In this document: positions 47,448 to 58,888 of the stretch, one piece after another
Layout: each line of letters starts with the position of its first letter
Position numbering within the stretch: position 1 is the stretch's first letter
Assembly (NCBI RefSeq): GCF_963921235.1
Contig: NC_086097.1
Span: 122,886,001 to 122,950,000 of the forward strand
Origin: Mobula hypostoma
Lineage: Eukaryota
DNA: 64,000 bases
Reading direction: 5' to 3'
The notes under the pieces: generated by a model
What the model saw: only the letters and a program-made list of their open reading frames with translations
Told to the model about the DNA's origin: nothing
Databases searched by the model: none
Position numbers and translations under genes: made by a program

Positions 47448-50290
47448 CATAGAACATAGAACATAGAATAGTACAGCACAGTACAGGCCCTTCGGCCCAC
47501 AACGTTGTGCCGACCCTCAAACCCTGCCTCCCATATAAGCCCCCACCTTAGATTCCTCCATATACCTGTCTAGTAGTCTCTTAAACTTCACTAGTGTATC
47601 TGCCTCCACCACTGACTCAGGCAGTGCATTTCACGCACCAACCACTCTCTGAGTAAAAAACATTCCTCTCATATCCCTCCTTGAACTTCCCACCCCTTAC
47701 CTTAAAGCCATGTCCTCTTGTATTGAGCAGTGGTGCCCTGGGGAAGAGGCGCTGGCTATCCACTCTATCTATTCCTCTTATTATCTTGTACACCTCTATC
47801 ATGTCTCCTCTCATCCTCTTTCTCTCCAAAGAGTAAAGCCCTAGCTCCCTTAATCTCTGATCATAATGCATACTTTCTAAACCAAGCAGCATGCTGGTAA
47901 ATCTCCTCTGTACCCTTTCCAATGCTTCCACATCCTTCCTTTAGTGAGGTGACCAGAACTGGACACAATACTCCAAGTGTGGCCTAACCAGAGTTTTATA
48001 GAGCTGTATCATTACATCGCAACTCTTAAACTCTATCCCTCGACTTATGAAAGCTAACACCCCATAAGCTTTCTTAACTACCCTATCCACCTGTGAGGCA
48101 ACTTTCAGGGATCTGTAGATATGCACCCCGAGATCCCTCTGCTCCTCCACACTACCAAGTATCCTGGCATTTACTTTGTACTCTGCCTTGGAGTTTGTCC
48201 TTCCAAAGTGTACCACCTCACACTTCTCTGGGTTGAACTCCATCTGCCACTTCTCAGCCCACTTCTGCATCCTATCAATGTCTCTCTGCAACCTTTGACA
48301 ATCTTCTGCACTATCTACAACACCACCAACCTTTGTGTTGTCTGCAAACTTGCCAACCCACCCTTCTACCCCCACATCCAGGTCGTTAATAAAAATCACG
48401 AAAAGTAGAGGTCCCAGAACAGATCCTTGTGGGACACCACTAGTCACAATCCTCCAATCTGAATGTACTCCCTCCACCACGACCCTCTGCCTTCTGCAGG
48501 CAAGCCAATTCTGAATCCACCTGGCCAAACTTCCCTGGATCCCATGCCTTCTAACTTTCTGAATAAGCCTACCGTGTGGAACCTTGTCAAATGCCTTTCT
48601 AAAATCCATATAGATCACATCCACTGCACTACCCTCATCTATATGCCTGGTCACCTCCTCAAAGAACTCTATCAGGCTTGTTAGACACGATCTGCCCTTC
48701 ACAAAGCCATGCTGACTGTCCCTGCCTATTTCCCTGCACTTGTTCCCATCCCCCTGCCACATTAGTTTAAATCCTCCTGAACAACAGAAGCAAATGCACC
48801 CCCTAGGAAATTGGTTCCAGTCCAGCCCAGGTGCAGACCATTCTGTTTGTACCAGTCCCACCTCCTCCAGAACTGGTTCCAATGCCCCAGAAATCTGAAT
48901 CCTTCCCCCTCGCACCATTTTTCAAGCCACTTATTCATTTGATATATCCTCCTATTTCTACTCTGACTAGCACGTGGCACTGGTAGTAATCCACAGATTA
49001 TTACTTTTGTGGTCCTACTTTTTAGTTTATCTCCTAACTCTCTAAATTCACCTTGTAAGACCTTATCCCATTTTTTACCTATATCATTGGTACCTATGTC
49101 CACCACGACCATTGGCTGTTCACCCTCCCACTCCAGAATGTCCTGCAGCCACTCAGAGACATCCTTGACCCTTGCACTAGGGAGGCAACATACCCTCCTG
49201 GAGTCTCATTTGCGGCCACAGAAACACCTATCTATTCCCTGTACAATCGAATCCCCTATCACTATAGCTCTCCCACTCCTTTTCCTTCCCTCCTGTGCTG
49301 CAGACCCACCCATGGTGCCATGAACTTGGCTGCTACTGCCTTCCCCTGATGAGACATCTCCCCCAACAGTATCCAAAACAGTATATCTGTTTAGGAGGGA
49401 GATGACCTCAGGGGACTCCTGCACTACCTGCCTACAGCTACGCTGTCTAGTGGCCACCCATTCCCTTTCTGCCTGTGTAGCCTTTACCTGCAGTGTGGCC
49501 AACTCACTGAACGTGCTATTCACGGCCTTTTCAGCATCGCGGATGCTCCAGTATGAATCCAGTCGCAGCTCTAGCGACTCAATGCGGTCTGCCAGAAGCT
49601 GCAGCTGGACACATTTCCTGCACACATAGTCGTCAGGGACACTGGAAGTATCCCTGATTTCCCACATGCTGCAGGAAGAATAAACCACGGGCCGATCTCA
49701 GCTGTCATGACCTCCCCAATACGCTACAGCCTCGCTGCCTTCCTTGCTTCAAATAAAATACCGCTGCAGACCGTTCTCCTTTTAAAGGAACTTACCCGGC
49801 CTTACCTCACTTGGAGTGGAGCTCATCCTCAGCCTCTGCTTGCCAAAGCCTCTCGAGACAAAGCCTTCCTACTCTGTCGCCCGCTCCGTCAAACTGCTCT
49901 CTTTTAAATACTCCCGCTGCCTCACGGGCCGACTTACACGTGCTTGCGCAGTCCTGCCCCGATCAACCGCCGAAAAAAATGGCCGACTTCCACAAACTGC
50001 TCTCTTTTAAATACTCCCGCTGCCTCACGGGCCGACTTACACGTGCTTGCGCAGTCCTGCCCCGATCAACCGCCGAGAAAAATGGCCGACTTCCACAAAC
50101 TGCTCTCTTTTAAATACTCCCGCTGCCTCACGGGCCGACTTACACGTGCTTGCGCAGTCCTGCCCCGATCAACCGCCGAGAAAAATGGCCGACTTCCACA
50201 AACTGCTCTCTTTTAAATACTCCCGCTGCCTCACGGGCCGACTTGCACGTGCTTGCGCAGTCCTGCCCCGATCAACTGCCGAGAAAAATG
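47448..50290 (-). mobile_element. CR1 LINE (family D) with 5' UTR and ORF1, and an internal deletion removing APE and the RT N-terminus
   Basis: Tail (catagaa)n at 47448. RT C-half 47617-48720. ORF1 (SSCSMWE..CRKC, VIGDSIV, IGTND, GLHL) 48762-49700. Tandem-repeat 5' end. Confidence 0.9.
49891..50290 (-). repeat. 103-bp tandem monomer array (about 3.9 units) at the CR1 5' end; putative internal promoter
   Basis: Units start at 49891, 49994, 50097 and 50200. They are nearly identical and CpG-rich. Confidence 0.9.
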
Positions 50291-51707
50291 ACACAGTTTA
50301 GGGGAATGGGCAAAGAAGTGGCAAATGAAATGCAATGTTGGAAAGTGTATGGTCATGCACTTTGGTGAAAGAAATAAACAGGTAGACTATTATTTAGATG
50401 GGGAGAGAATTCAAAATGCAGAGATACAAAGAGACTTGGAAGTCCTTGTGCAAAATACCCTAAAGATTAACCTCCAGGTTGAGTCGGTTGTGAAGAAGGC
50501 AAATGCAATGTTGGCATTCATTTCTAGAGGTATAGAATATAAGGGCTGGGATGTGATGTTGAGGCTCTATAAGGCGCTCGTGAGACCACACTTGGAGTAT
50601 TATGTTTTGGGCTCCTTATTTTAGAAAAGATATACTGACATTGGAGAGGGTTCAGAGAAGATTCATGAGAATGATTCCAGGAGTGAAAGGGTTACTGTAT
50701 GAGGAACGTCTGGCAGCTCTTGGGCTGTATTCCCTGGAGTTCAGAAGAATGAGGGGGGATCTCATAGAAACATTCTGAATGTTAAAAGGCCTCTGCACAC
50801 ATCAGATGATCACACCACTCCTCTGTTTTTTTCTGAGGTCAGGCATCTCAGGGTTTGTTTTATATCCTGGTTCCTCCACTCTGTCCAGCCATTGGACTGT
50901 GAGTGAAACCCAGAAGAAAGACTTGCTGTAGCCACAATTAGTGTACAGAATGCCCTCCAAAAACGTGAAGCAAATTGTTGACCCCAATCTGACACTATAT
51001 CCACCAGAATTCCATGGATCCTGAAGACTTGATGCAGAACAACCTTAGCTATCTCTGCTGCTGATAGAAGTTTGTCCAATTCAATGAATTATCAGACTTT
51101 CGAAAAACAATCTACAATTGCCATGATGGCGGTCTTCCCCTTGGAAGGCAGAAGACCCGTGACAAAGTCCAAAGAGATGTGCGCCCATGGTCTATCTGGA
51201 ATAGACAGGGAGTGAAAGAGCCCTTGAGGTTGGATGCAGGACTCCTTGTTCCAGATGCACACCTCACATCCCTGCACATATTGTCAGACCTCTTTAGCCG
51301 TTCCCGGCCAGCTGTGTCTTCTCTTAATGAACCAGAGGGTTCTGGCGACCCCTGGGTGAGTGCTCATTCTAGACGTGTGTCCTCATTGAAGTGCTTTAGA
51401 CTTGACAGAACTTGGGAAAAACAGACAACCCAGAGGACCGTTCTTGGGAATCTCCCCTTGCACCTGGGCCTCGCGACCGTGTGCGTCAATTCACCAACAA
51501 ATGGGCGCCATCACTTTAGCTTGGGCAAAACGGTGGTAGGCTGCTCTTCCCTTTCAGGTTTGTTGAACTGGTGAGACAAGGCATTCAGTCTTTATTTCTT
51601 TGACCCCAGTCGATAGATGAGAACAAACTTGAACTGGTTAAAGAAAGGAGACCACTTGGCCTGCCTGTAATTCAATCTTTTGGCCTCCTGAACATAAGCC
51701 AGGCTTT

Positions 51708-52200
51708 ACATAGAAACATAGAAACTTAGAAAATAGGTGCAGGAGTAGGCCATTCGGCCCTCCAAGCCTGCACCGCCATTTATTATGATCATGGCTGATC
51801 ATCCAACTCAGAACCCTGCACCAGCCTTCCCTCCACACCTCCTGATCCCCGTAGCCACAAGGGCCATGTCTAACTCCCTCTTATATATAGCCAATGAACT
51901 GGCCTCAACTGTTTCCTGTAGCAGAGAATTCCACAGATTCACCACTCTCTGTGCGAAGAAGGTTTTCCTAATCTCAGTCCTAAAAGGCTTCCCCTTTATC
52001 CTCAAACTGTGACCCCTCTTTCTGGACTTCCCCAACATCGGGAACAATCTTCCTGCATCTAGCCTGTCCAATCCCTTTAGGATTTTATACGTTTCAATCA
52101 GATCCCCCCTCAATCTTCTAAATTCCAATGAGTACAAGCCTAGTTCATCCAGTCTTTCTTCATATGAAATTCCTGCCATCCCAGGAATCAATCTGGTGAT
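51708..52200 (-). mobile_element. CR1 (family B) 3' fragment nested in the Gypsy RNase H region
   Basis: Tail catagaaa repeats and RT C-terminus. The host reading TDHK..LAYVQEAKRLN is split by this insert. Confidence 0.9.
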
Positions 52201-54464
52201 CTTTGTGGTCTGTCTGTATAATAAAAGGGTTCTTGGTCCCCTCAAGCCAGTGACACCATTCTTCCAATGCCAATCTGACCATGAGTAGCTCTCTATTTCC
52301 AGTGTTATAGTTCTCCTCTGCTAGAGATAGCCACCTGGAGAAGAATGCACCCAGGTGCAGTTAATTGTCCAAAGGTGTCCATTGAGACAACACTGTATCC
52401 ACTCTGATGTCCAACGCATCCACCAACTCGATGAACGGAAGGTCTGGGTTAGATGAAACCAAAATGGGAGCAGTCATGAACTGCTGTTTGAATTCTGCAA
52501 AAGCAGCTTTGGTAGTGCAAACAAGTCAGCCTATGGATCTCTCATTGGAGCTGTCACTGATCTGAAGATTCTGATGAATTTTCTGTAAAAGTTGTCAAAT
52601 CTCAGGAATCGCTGGACTTGGTTCACATTGGATAGTTGTGGCCAATCTCTGACTGCCTGTGTCTTAGTAGGGTCCATCTTGAGATTGCTATTAGAAATGA
52701 TAAAAGCCAAAAATGAAACAGTAGTTGCATGAAATTCAGATTTCTCCAGCTTGATATAAATTCCATGATCTAGAAGTCTCTTTAGGATATCTCTGATGGG
52801 AGTGACATGCTCCTCCATGGGCTTCGAGAAAATTAGGATGTTGTCCAAGTAGACAAAGGTACACTTACAAAGAGCATCCCTGAACACATCATTCATGAAG
52901 ACCTGGAAAACTGTTGGCGCATTAGTAAGGCTGAAAAGCATGACCAGGTACTCATAATGCCTTGTCAACATGTTGAATGCAGTCTTCCACTCATCACCCT
53001 CCTCCATGCGGACCAGGTTGTACGCACTCCACAAGTCGAGCTTCAAGAATATTGCCCCTTGGAGAACAGCTGCTGCTATCACAGTCCTCCCGACACTGGG
53101 CAGTCTTTGCAGTTCTCTTGACGGCCACTGTTCTTGAACATTCAGACCACAGGTGACCTGCTGCCCTGCAGTAGTAGCAGTAACCTTGACTCCGACCCCG
53201 GCACCTCTCATCGGTGAAGAGTCTTGTGCAGCCGATTTGCATTGGTTTGACAGGACCTGGTGCAGGAGACGGGCTGATCATTGTCTGATGTTGGAAAGTG
53301 GAACTGTGACGCGATGAGGCCAAGGCTGGGCTAGCCCTCTTTGACCTCTTCCCAATTTTGCTCTGCCAGATGATTATCGAAGCGGATGCAATAATCACTC
53401 ACAGTCTCTAAGTCCTCTACTGGCTCTCCCAAGGCAAGGACGTCCTTTAACTTGCCTCGGAGTCTGTGGCAGCACGGAGTGGTCAAGGCCTCCTTATTCC
53501 AGCCACACTCCTAGGCCGGTCTGAAGCTCAGTACCGTAGTTGGCTGCTGACCCTATTCCCCGACACATCTTTATTAGACGGTTTGAGGCTCTGCTAACTT
53601 CAGCAGGGTGATGGACCATTCTATTCATAGTGTTCATGATTTTTTCGGAATAAGAGCAGATCTCCAACCTCCATTCCCAATGCACGGTGGTCCAGACCAG
53701 GTCTCTCCAGGTCAGGAAGGCCAATTTTCCATGCTCCGTAAGGAACTGGGATAACTGGAATGCAAACATCAACAAACACCGAGTGAGGAAGCCGCGGCAA
53801 GATCCTGGGGTCGGATGATAGACTGATTCCAAAAAGCGACTGACCGAGCAAATCTGGCCTCCTCCTAGCGACAGTTGGCGCACGGAAACCTGGAGGTCAT
53901 GTATCTCCCGGCTCTGTTTTGAAATTTTCTCGCTGAGGCTGGCCTCCACTGACAAGAGTCTCTGATACTCCACCTGCTTTATGTTAGGCTCAATCGTACT
54001 GTGACTAGAGAGCTTGGTGAAGCGGGTAGGACCCGAGCACTGGAGTATCTGAGACTAGAATCGAGACATGATACTGAAACAAGAACAGGGTTCTAAACTG
54101 GACATCAGACACGAATCAAAAGTAGGGCTGATGATTGAGCACCGAACCTTAGTTCAGGTGCTCTTTAAATATTAAAATCCCGCTGCCAAAACTTGGCTGA
54201 CAATTAGCGCGGAGGTGGCGGGGGCTGCCTGAGTCTTTAAAGGGGCCACGCCAGCTCCAGAGCGCATCTAAACCCCAGGAACTGGTGCGGTTGGGTGCGT
54301 ATAATAACACAGGTGACTACTGCTGGTGATCTCATTTTCATCTAAGCCTGCATGCTCTGAGCTTCCACACTGTTCAATGCTTAAAAGCTGCGGCTCCCAG
54401 TGGAGTTAGTAGATTTTAAGTAGAATATCTGGGCCATTATATTAATTGAGGGTTAATCAAGGTT

Positions 54465-54935
54465 TAAGACCATAAGACATAGGAACAGAACATGGCCATT
54501 TGGTTTATCAAGTCTGCTCCGCCATTCCACCATGGCTGACTTATTATCCCTCTCAACTCCATTCTCCTACCTTCTCCCCATAACCCATGGTGTCCTTACT
54601 AACCAAGAGCCCATTGACCTCCACTTTAAATATGCTCAAAGACTTGGCATACACAGCCGTCTGTGGCAATGAATTCCATGAATTCCACAGATTCACCACC
54701 CTCTGGCTGTAGATATTTCTCCTCATCTCTTTTCTAAAGGAACATCCTTTTGTTCTGAGGCTGTGCCCTCTGGTCCTACACTATTAGAAGCATCCTCTCC
54801 ATGACCACTCTATCTAGGCTTTCCAATAATCAATAGGTATTAATGACTTTCTCTCTCATTATTCTAACCTCCTGTGAGAACGAGCCCAGAGCTATCAAAA
54901 GCTCCTCATGCATTAACCCCTTCATTCCCCAGATC
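54465..54935 (-). mobile_element. CR1 3' fragment
   Basis: (taagac.a)-type tail, CR1 3' UTR and degenerate RT end. Confidence 0.75.
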
Positions 54936-55238
54936 ATAGAGCTGAAACCTCTCCTGATTGTCAAGTCAAAATAGAACACTTGCAATATAACAGGTTATTA
55001 ATTCTACAGCCAGTGGATCCAACAACTCTCTCTGATTTTTATTAATTAATCCTAAATCCTGTTTTTGGCATATTTTCTTTTCCAATTAAATATTTAATCA
55101 GCTTAGGGTTGCCAATTCTAATTGAATGTAATCCTGGAAGTTTCAGTCAATGACATCCATCTCCAATATCTTTTCATTTCCCGATCAAGCAGCCTCTTGG
55201 CCTCCAATTCTTTGAAACTTAATTAAGCAGAAAGGGTT

Positions 55239-58200
55239 CAGAATCAGAATCAGGTTTATTATCACAGTCTTAAATGGCATGAAGTCTGTTATCTTGCAGC
55301 AGCAGTACAAAGACAAAAAAGTACTGTAAATTACGATATAAATTTATAGCACAGCAAGAAAGGAATAATGTGGTGGTGTTCATGTTCATGGACCATTTAT
55401 AAATCCAATGATGGAGGGAAAAAGCTGTTCCTGAATTACTGAGTGTGGTTCTTCAGAGTCCTGTAGCTCGTCCCCAATGGCAGTTACGAAAAGAGGGTCT
55501 GTCTCAGATGGTAAGGGACCATCTGAAGGGACAAAATGATGGATGTTGCCTTCATGAAACACCACATCTTGAAGATGTCCTTGATGGTGGGGACGGTTGT
55601 GCCAATGATGGAACTGGCTGAGTCTATAACCTCCGAAGCCTCTTGCAATCATTTGCATTGGAGTCTCCAGTGATGCAAGCAGTCAGAATGTTTACCATCG
55701 TACATGTATAGAAATTTGCAAGAGTGTTTGGTGGCATACCAAACCTCCCCAAGTTCCTAATGAAGTAGAGCCACTGGTGTGCCTTCTTCATAAATGCATC
55801 AATGTGTTGATCCCAGGACAGATACTCAAAGATGTCAACGTCTATGAACTTGAAGCTGTTAATCCTTCTTGCCAACAGCCGAAAGGGTGATGAATGCAGG
55901 GCTGGAGGTGCTATATTTGAATGCACACAGTATATAGAATAAGGTAGATGAACTTGTAGTACAATAACAGATTGTCAATACAATGTTGTGGGCATCACTG
56001 AATCATGGCTGAAAGAAGATTATAGATGGGAGCTTAACATCCAAGGGTATATATTGTATCGAAAGGACACACAGGTAAGGCAGAGGGGATGGAGTGGGGT
56101 GGCTCTGTTGGTAAAAAATGAAATCAAATCAAATCAAGTCATTAGAAAGAGGTGACAGAAGGTGTAGAATCATGGTGGATAGAGCTCAGAAACTGCAAAG
56201 GTAGAAAGACCATAATGGGATTTTATACAGACCTTCAAACAGTAACAAAGATGTGATCTACAAACTACAATAAAATATAGAAAATGTGTGTTAAAAGATC
56301 AAGGTTACAAAAGTCATGGGGGATTTCAATACGCACATAGGTTGTGAAAATCGGGTTGCTATAGGATCCTAAGGGAGGGAATTTGTAGAATGCCCACGAA
56401 ATGGGTTTTCAGAGCAACTCTTGATTGAGCCTTCTAGGGGATCAGCTACTCTGGATTGGGCAGCATGCAATGAACTAGAATTAATTAGAGACCTTAAGGT
56501 AAAGGAACCCTTAGGGGCCAGTGATCATAATATGATTGAATTCACCCTTCAATTTGAGAAGGAGAAGCTAAAGTCAGATGTATCACTATTACAGTGGGTA
56601 AAGGGAATTAATGAGGCCTGAGAGAAGAGCTGGCCAAAATTGATTGGAAGGGAACACCAGCAGGGTTGGTGACAGAGCAGCAATGGCTGGAGTTTCTACC
56701 AGAAATTCAGAATCTACAGGATAGATACATCCCGAAGAAAAAATATTGTAAAGACAATCGTGGCTGACAAGTGAAGTCAAAGCCAACATAAAAGCCAAAG
56801 AGAGGGCATATAATAGAACAAAAATTAACGAGAAGTTAGAGAATTGGGAAGCTTTTATAGACCAACAGAAGGCAATTAAAAAGTCATAAAGAAGCAAAAA
56901 AATGGAATACAGTCTAGCCAATTATATTGAATCGGATACAAAAGTTTCTTCAGATATATGAAGTGTAAAAGAGAGGCGAGAGTAGATATCGGACCGCTGG
57001 AAAAGTATTCTGGGGAGGTGGAAATGGGGGACAAGGAAATTGCAGATGAACTGAATAATAATTTTATATCAGTCTTCACTGTGGAAGATATTAGCAGTAT
57101 GTCGGAAGCTCAAGAGTATCAGTGGGCAGAAGGAAGTGAAGTTGCCATTACTAGGGAGAAGGTGCTTGGGAAACTGAAAGGTCTGAAGATAGATAAGTGA
57201 CCTACACCAGATGGTCTACACCCCTGGGTTCTGAAAGAGGTGGCTGAAGAGATGTGGAGGCATTAGTAATGATCTTTCAAGAATCAATGGATTCTGCTAT
57301 GCTTCTGGAGGACTGGAAAATTGCAAATGTCAGTCCACTTTTCAAGAAGGGAGAGAGGAAATTTTAGGCCAGTTAGTCTGACCTCAGTGGTCGGAAAGAT
57401 GTTGGAGTCGATTGTGGTTTTGGGGTACTTGGAGGTACATGATAAAATTGGAGGAATCCAGCAGGGTTTCCTCAAGGGAAAATTTGCCTGACAAATCTGT
57501 TGGAATTCTGAAGAAATAACAAGCAGGATAGATAAAGGAGAATCTATGGATGTTGTGTGGGTTCTCTGACGGATCAATGGACTTTTAGAAGGCCTTTGAC
57601 AAGGTACCCCATATGAGGCGGCAAAACAAGATAAGAGCCCATGGCGTTACAAGAAATTTACTACCATAGATAGAAGATTGGCTTACTGGTGGGAGGCAAA
57701 GAGTGGGAATAAAGGCAGTCTTTTCGGGTTGGTTGTCAGTCGTTAGTAGTGTTCCACAATGGTCTGTGTTGGGACCGCTTCTTTTCACATTGTATGTCAA
57801 AGATTTGGATGATGGAATTGATGGCTTTCTGGCAAAGTTTGCAGATAATATGAAGATAGTCAGAGGTGCAGGTAGATTTGAGGAAGCAGAGGCTACAGAA
57901 GGACTTAGACCTATTAGAAGACTGGGCAAAGAGGTGGCAGATGGTATACAATGCCAGGAAGTATATAGTCAAGCACATTGGAAGAAGAAATAAAAGCATT
58001 GACTATTTAACTAAGTGGAGAGAAAATACAAAATTCTGAGATGCAAAGGGACTTGGATTCCTGAAAGGTTAATTTGCAGGTTGAGTCAGTGGTCAAGAAG
58101 AGAAATACAATGTTTGCATTTATTTCAGGAGGACCCCAATATAAGAGCAAGGATGGAATGTAATGTTGAGGCTTTGTAAGGCACTGCTGGGGCCTCACTT

Positions 58201-58888
58201 GGAGTATTATGTGCAGTTTTGGGCCCCTTATCTGACATCAAAGAGGGTTCAAAGGAGGTTCACAAAAATGATTCCAGAATTGAAAGACATCATATGAGGA
58301 GTTTTTGATGACTCTGGGCCTGTACTCACCGGAAATCACAAGAACCGGGGGGGATCTCATTGAAACCTATTGAAGTTTGAAAGGCCTTGATAGAGTGGAT
58401 GTGGTTGGGATGTTTCCTACGGTGGGAGTGTCAAAAACTAGAGGACACTGCCGCAGAATAGAGGGACATTCATTCAGAATAGAGATGAGGAGAAATTTCT
58501 TTAGCCAGAAAGTAGTGAATCTGTGGAATTCATTGCCACAGGCAAGTGTGGAGGTCAAGTCATTAGGTATATTTAAGGCAGAGGTTGATAGATCCTTCAT
58601 TAGTCTAGGCATGAAGGAATACTGGGAGAAGGCTGGAGGTTGGGGCTAAGAGAGAAATGGATCAGCCATGATGAAATGGTGGAGCAGACTTGATGGGCCA
58701 AATGGCCTACTTCTGCTCCTGTATCTTATGGTCTTACGTCCCCTCAATGAAGACTAGTGCAATTTCTCCCAACTTCCCCTTCCTGAAGTCCAGAACCAGT
58801 TCTTTGGTCTTGCTGACATTGTGCGTGATGTTGTTGTGACACCAATCAGCCAGATGATCTTTCTCACTCCTGTGCCCTCTATCGCCAT
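55239..58888 (-). mobile_element. Rex1/Babar-type LINE split by a CR1 (pieces 55239-55870 and 58736-58888)
   Basis: (tcagaa)n tail, SFKFIDVDIFEYLSW and KKAHQWLYF motifs. The element continues after the CR1 with WCHNN..NVSKTKELVLDFRK. Confidence 0.8.
55875..58735 (+). mobile_element. Degenerate CR1 ORF2 (APE + RT) with 3' tail
   Basis: SDHNMIEFTLQF, VPQWSVLGPLLF, KFADNMK and NFFSQKVVNLWNSLP motifs, and a tcttatggtctta tail. Confidence 0.88.

Larger units (their letters stand above)
42272..50792 (+). mobile_element. CR1 LINE (family C) RT fragment in three pieces: 42272-42438, 44060-44395, 50292-50792
   Basis: QSQHGF..DVVY joins LDIQKAFDKVPH..KFAEDTK..SLQRDL, which joins ..KWQMKCNVGKC..LYKALVRPHLEY. 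The reading is continuous once the inserts are removed. Confidence 0.88.
42140..54309 (-). mobile_element. Tf1/sushi-group Ty3/Gypsy retrotransposon, decayed and heavily nested
   Basis: 5' LTR 54000-54309 (TG..CA) and a partial homologous 3' LTR 42140-42271. Gag (PGSCRGFLTRC; CYYCRAAGHLWSEC knuckle), RT (KLDLWSAYNLVR..EWKTAF, VYLDNILIFS; 52531-53085), RNase H remnants and integrase (PWAHISLDFVTGL, IVSDWGQQF; 50793-51300). Confidence 0.9.

Noticed and set aside
49811..50368. Several overlapping ORFs with repeated peptides, and a possible CRISPR-like array
   Set aside because: These are translations of the 103-bp tandem array. The units are contiguous with no unique spacers and there are no cas genes.
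53494..53973. Gag-like ORF as a domesticated sushi-derived gene (PEG10/RTL-like)
   Set aside because: It lies within an LTR-bounded element with frameshifts, stops and deletions, consistent with neutral decay.
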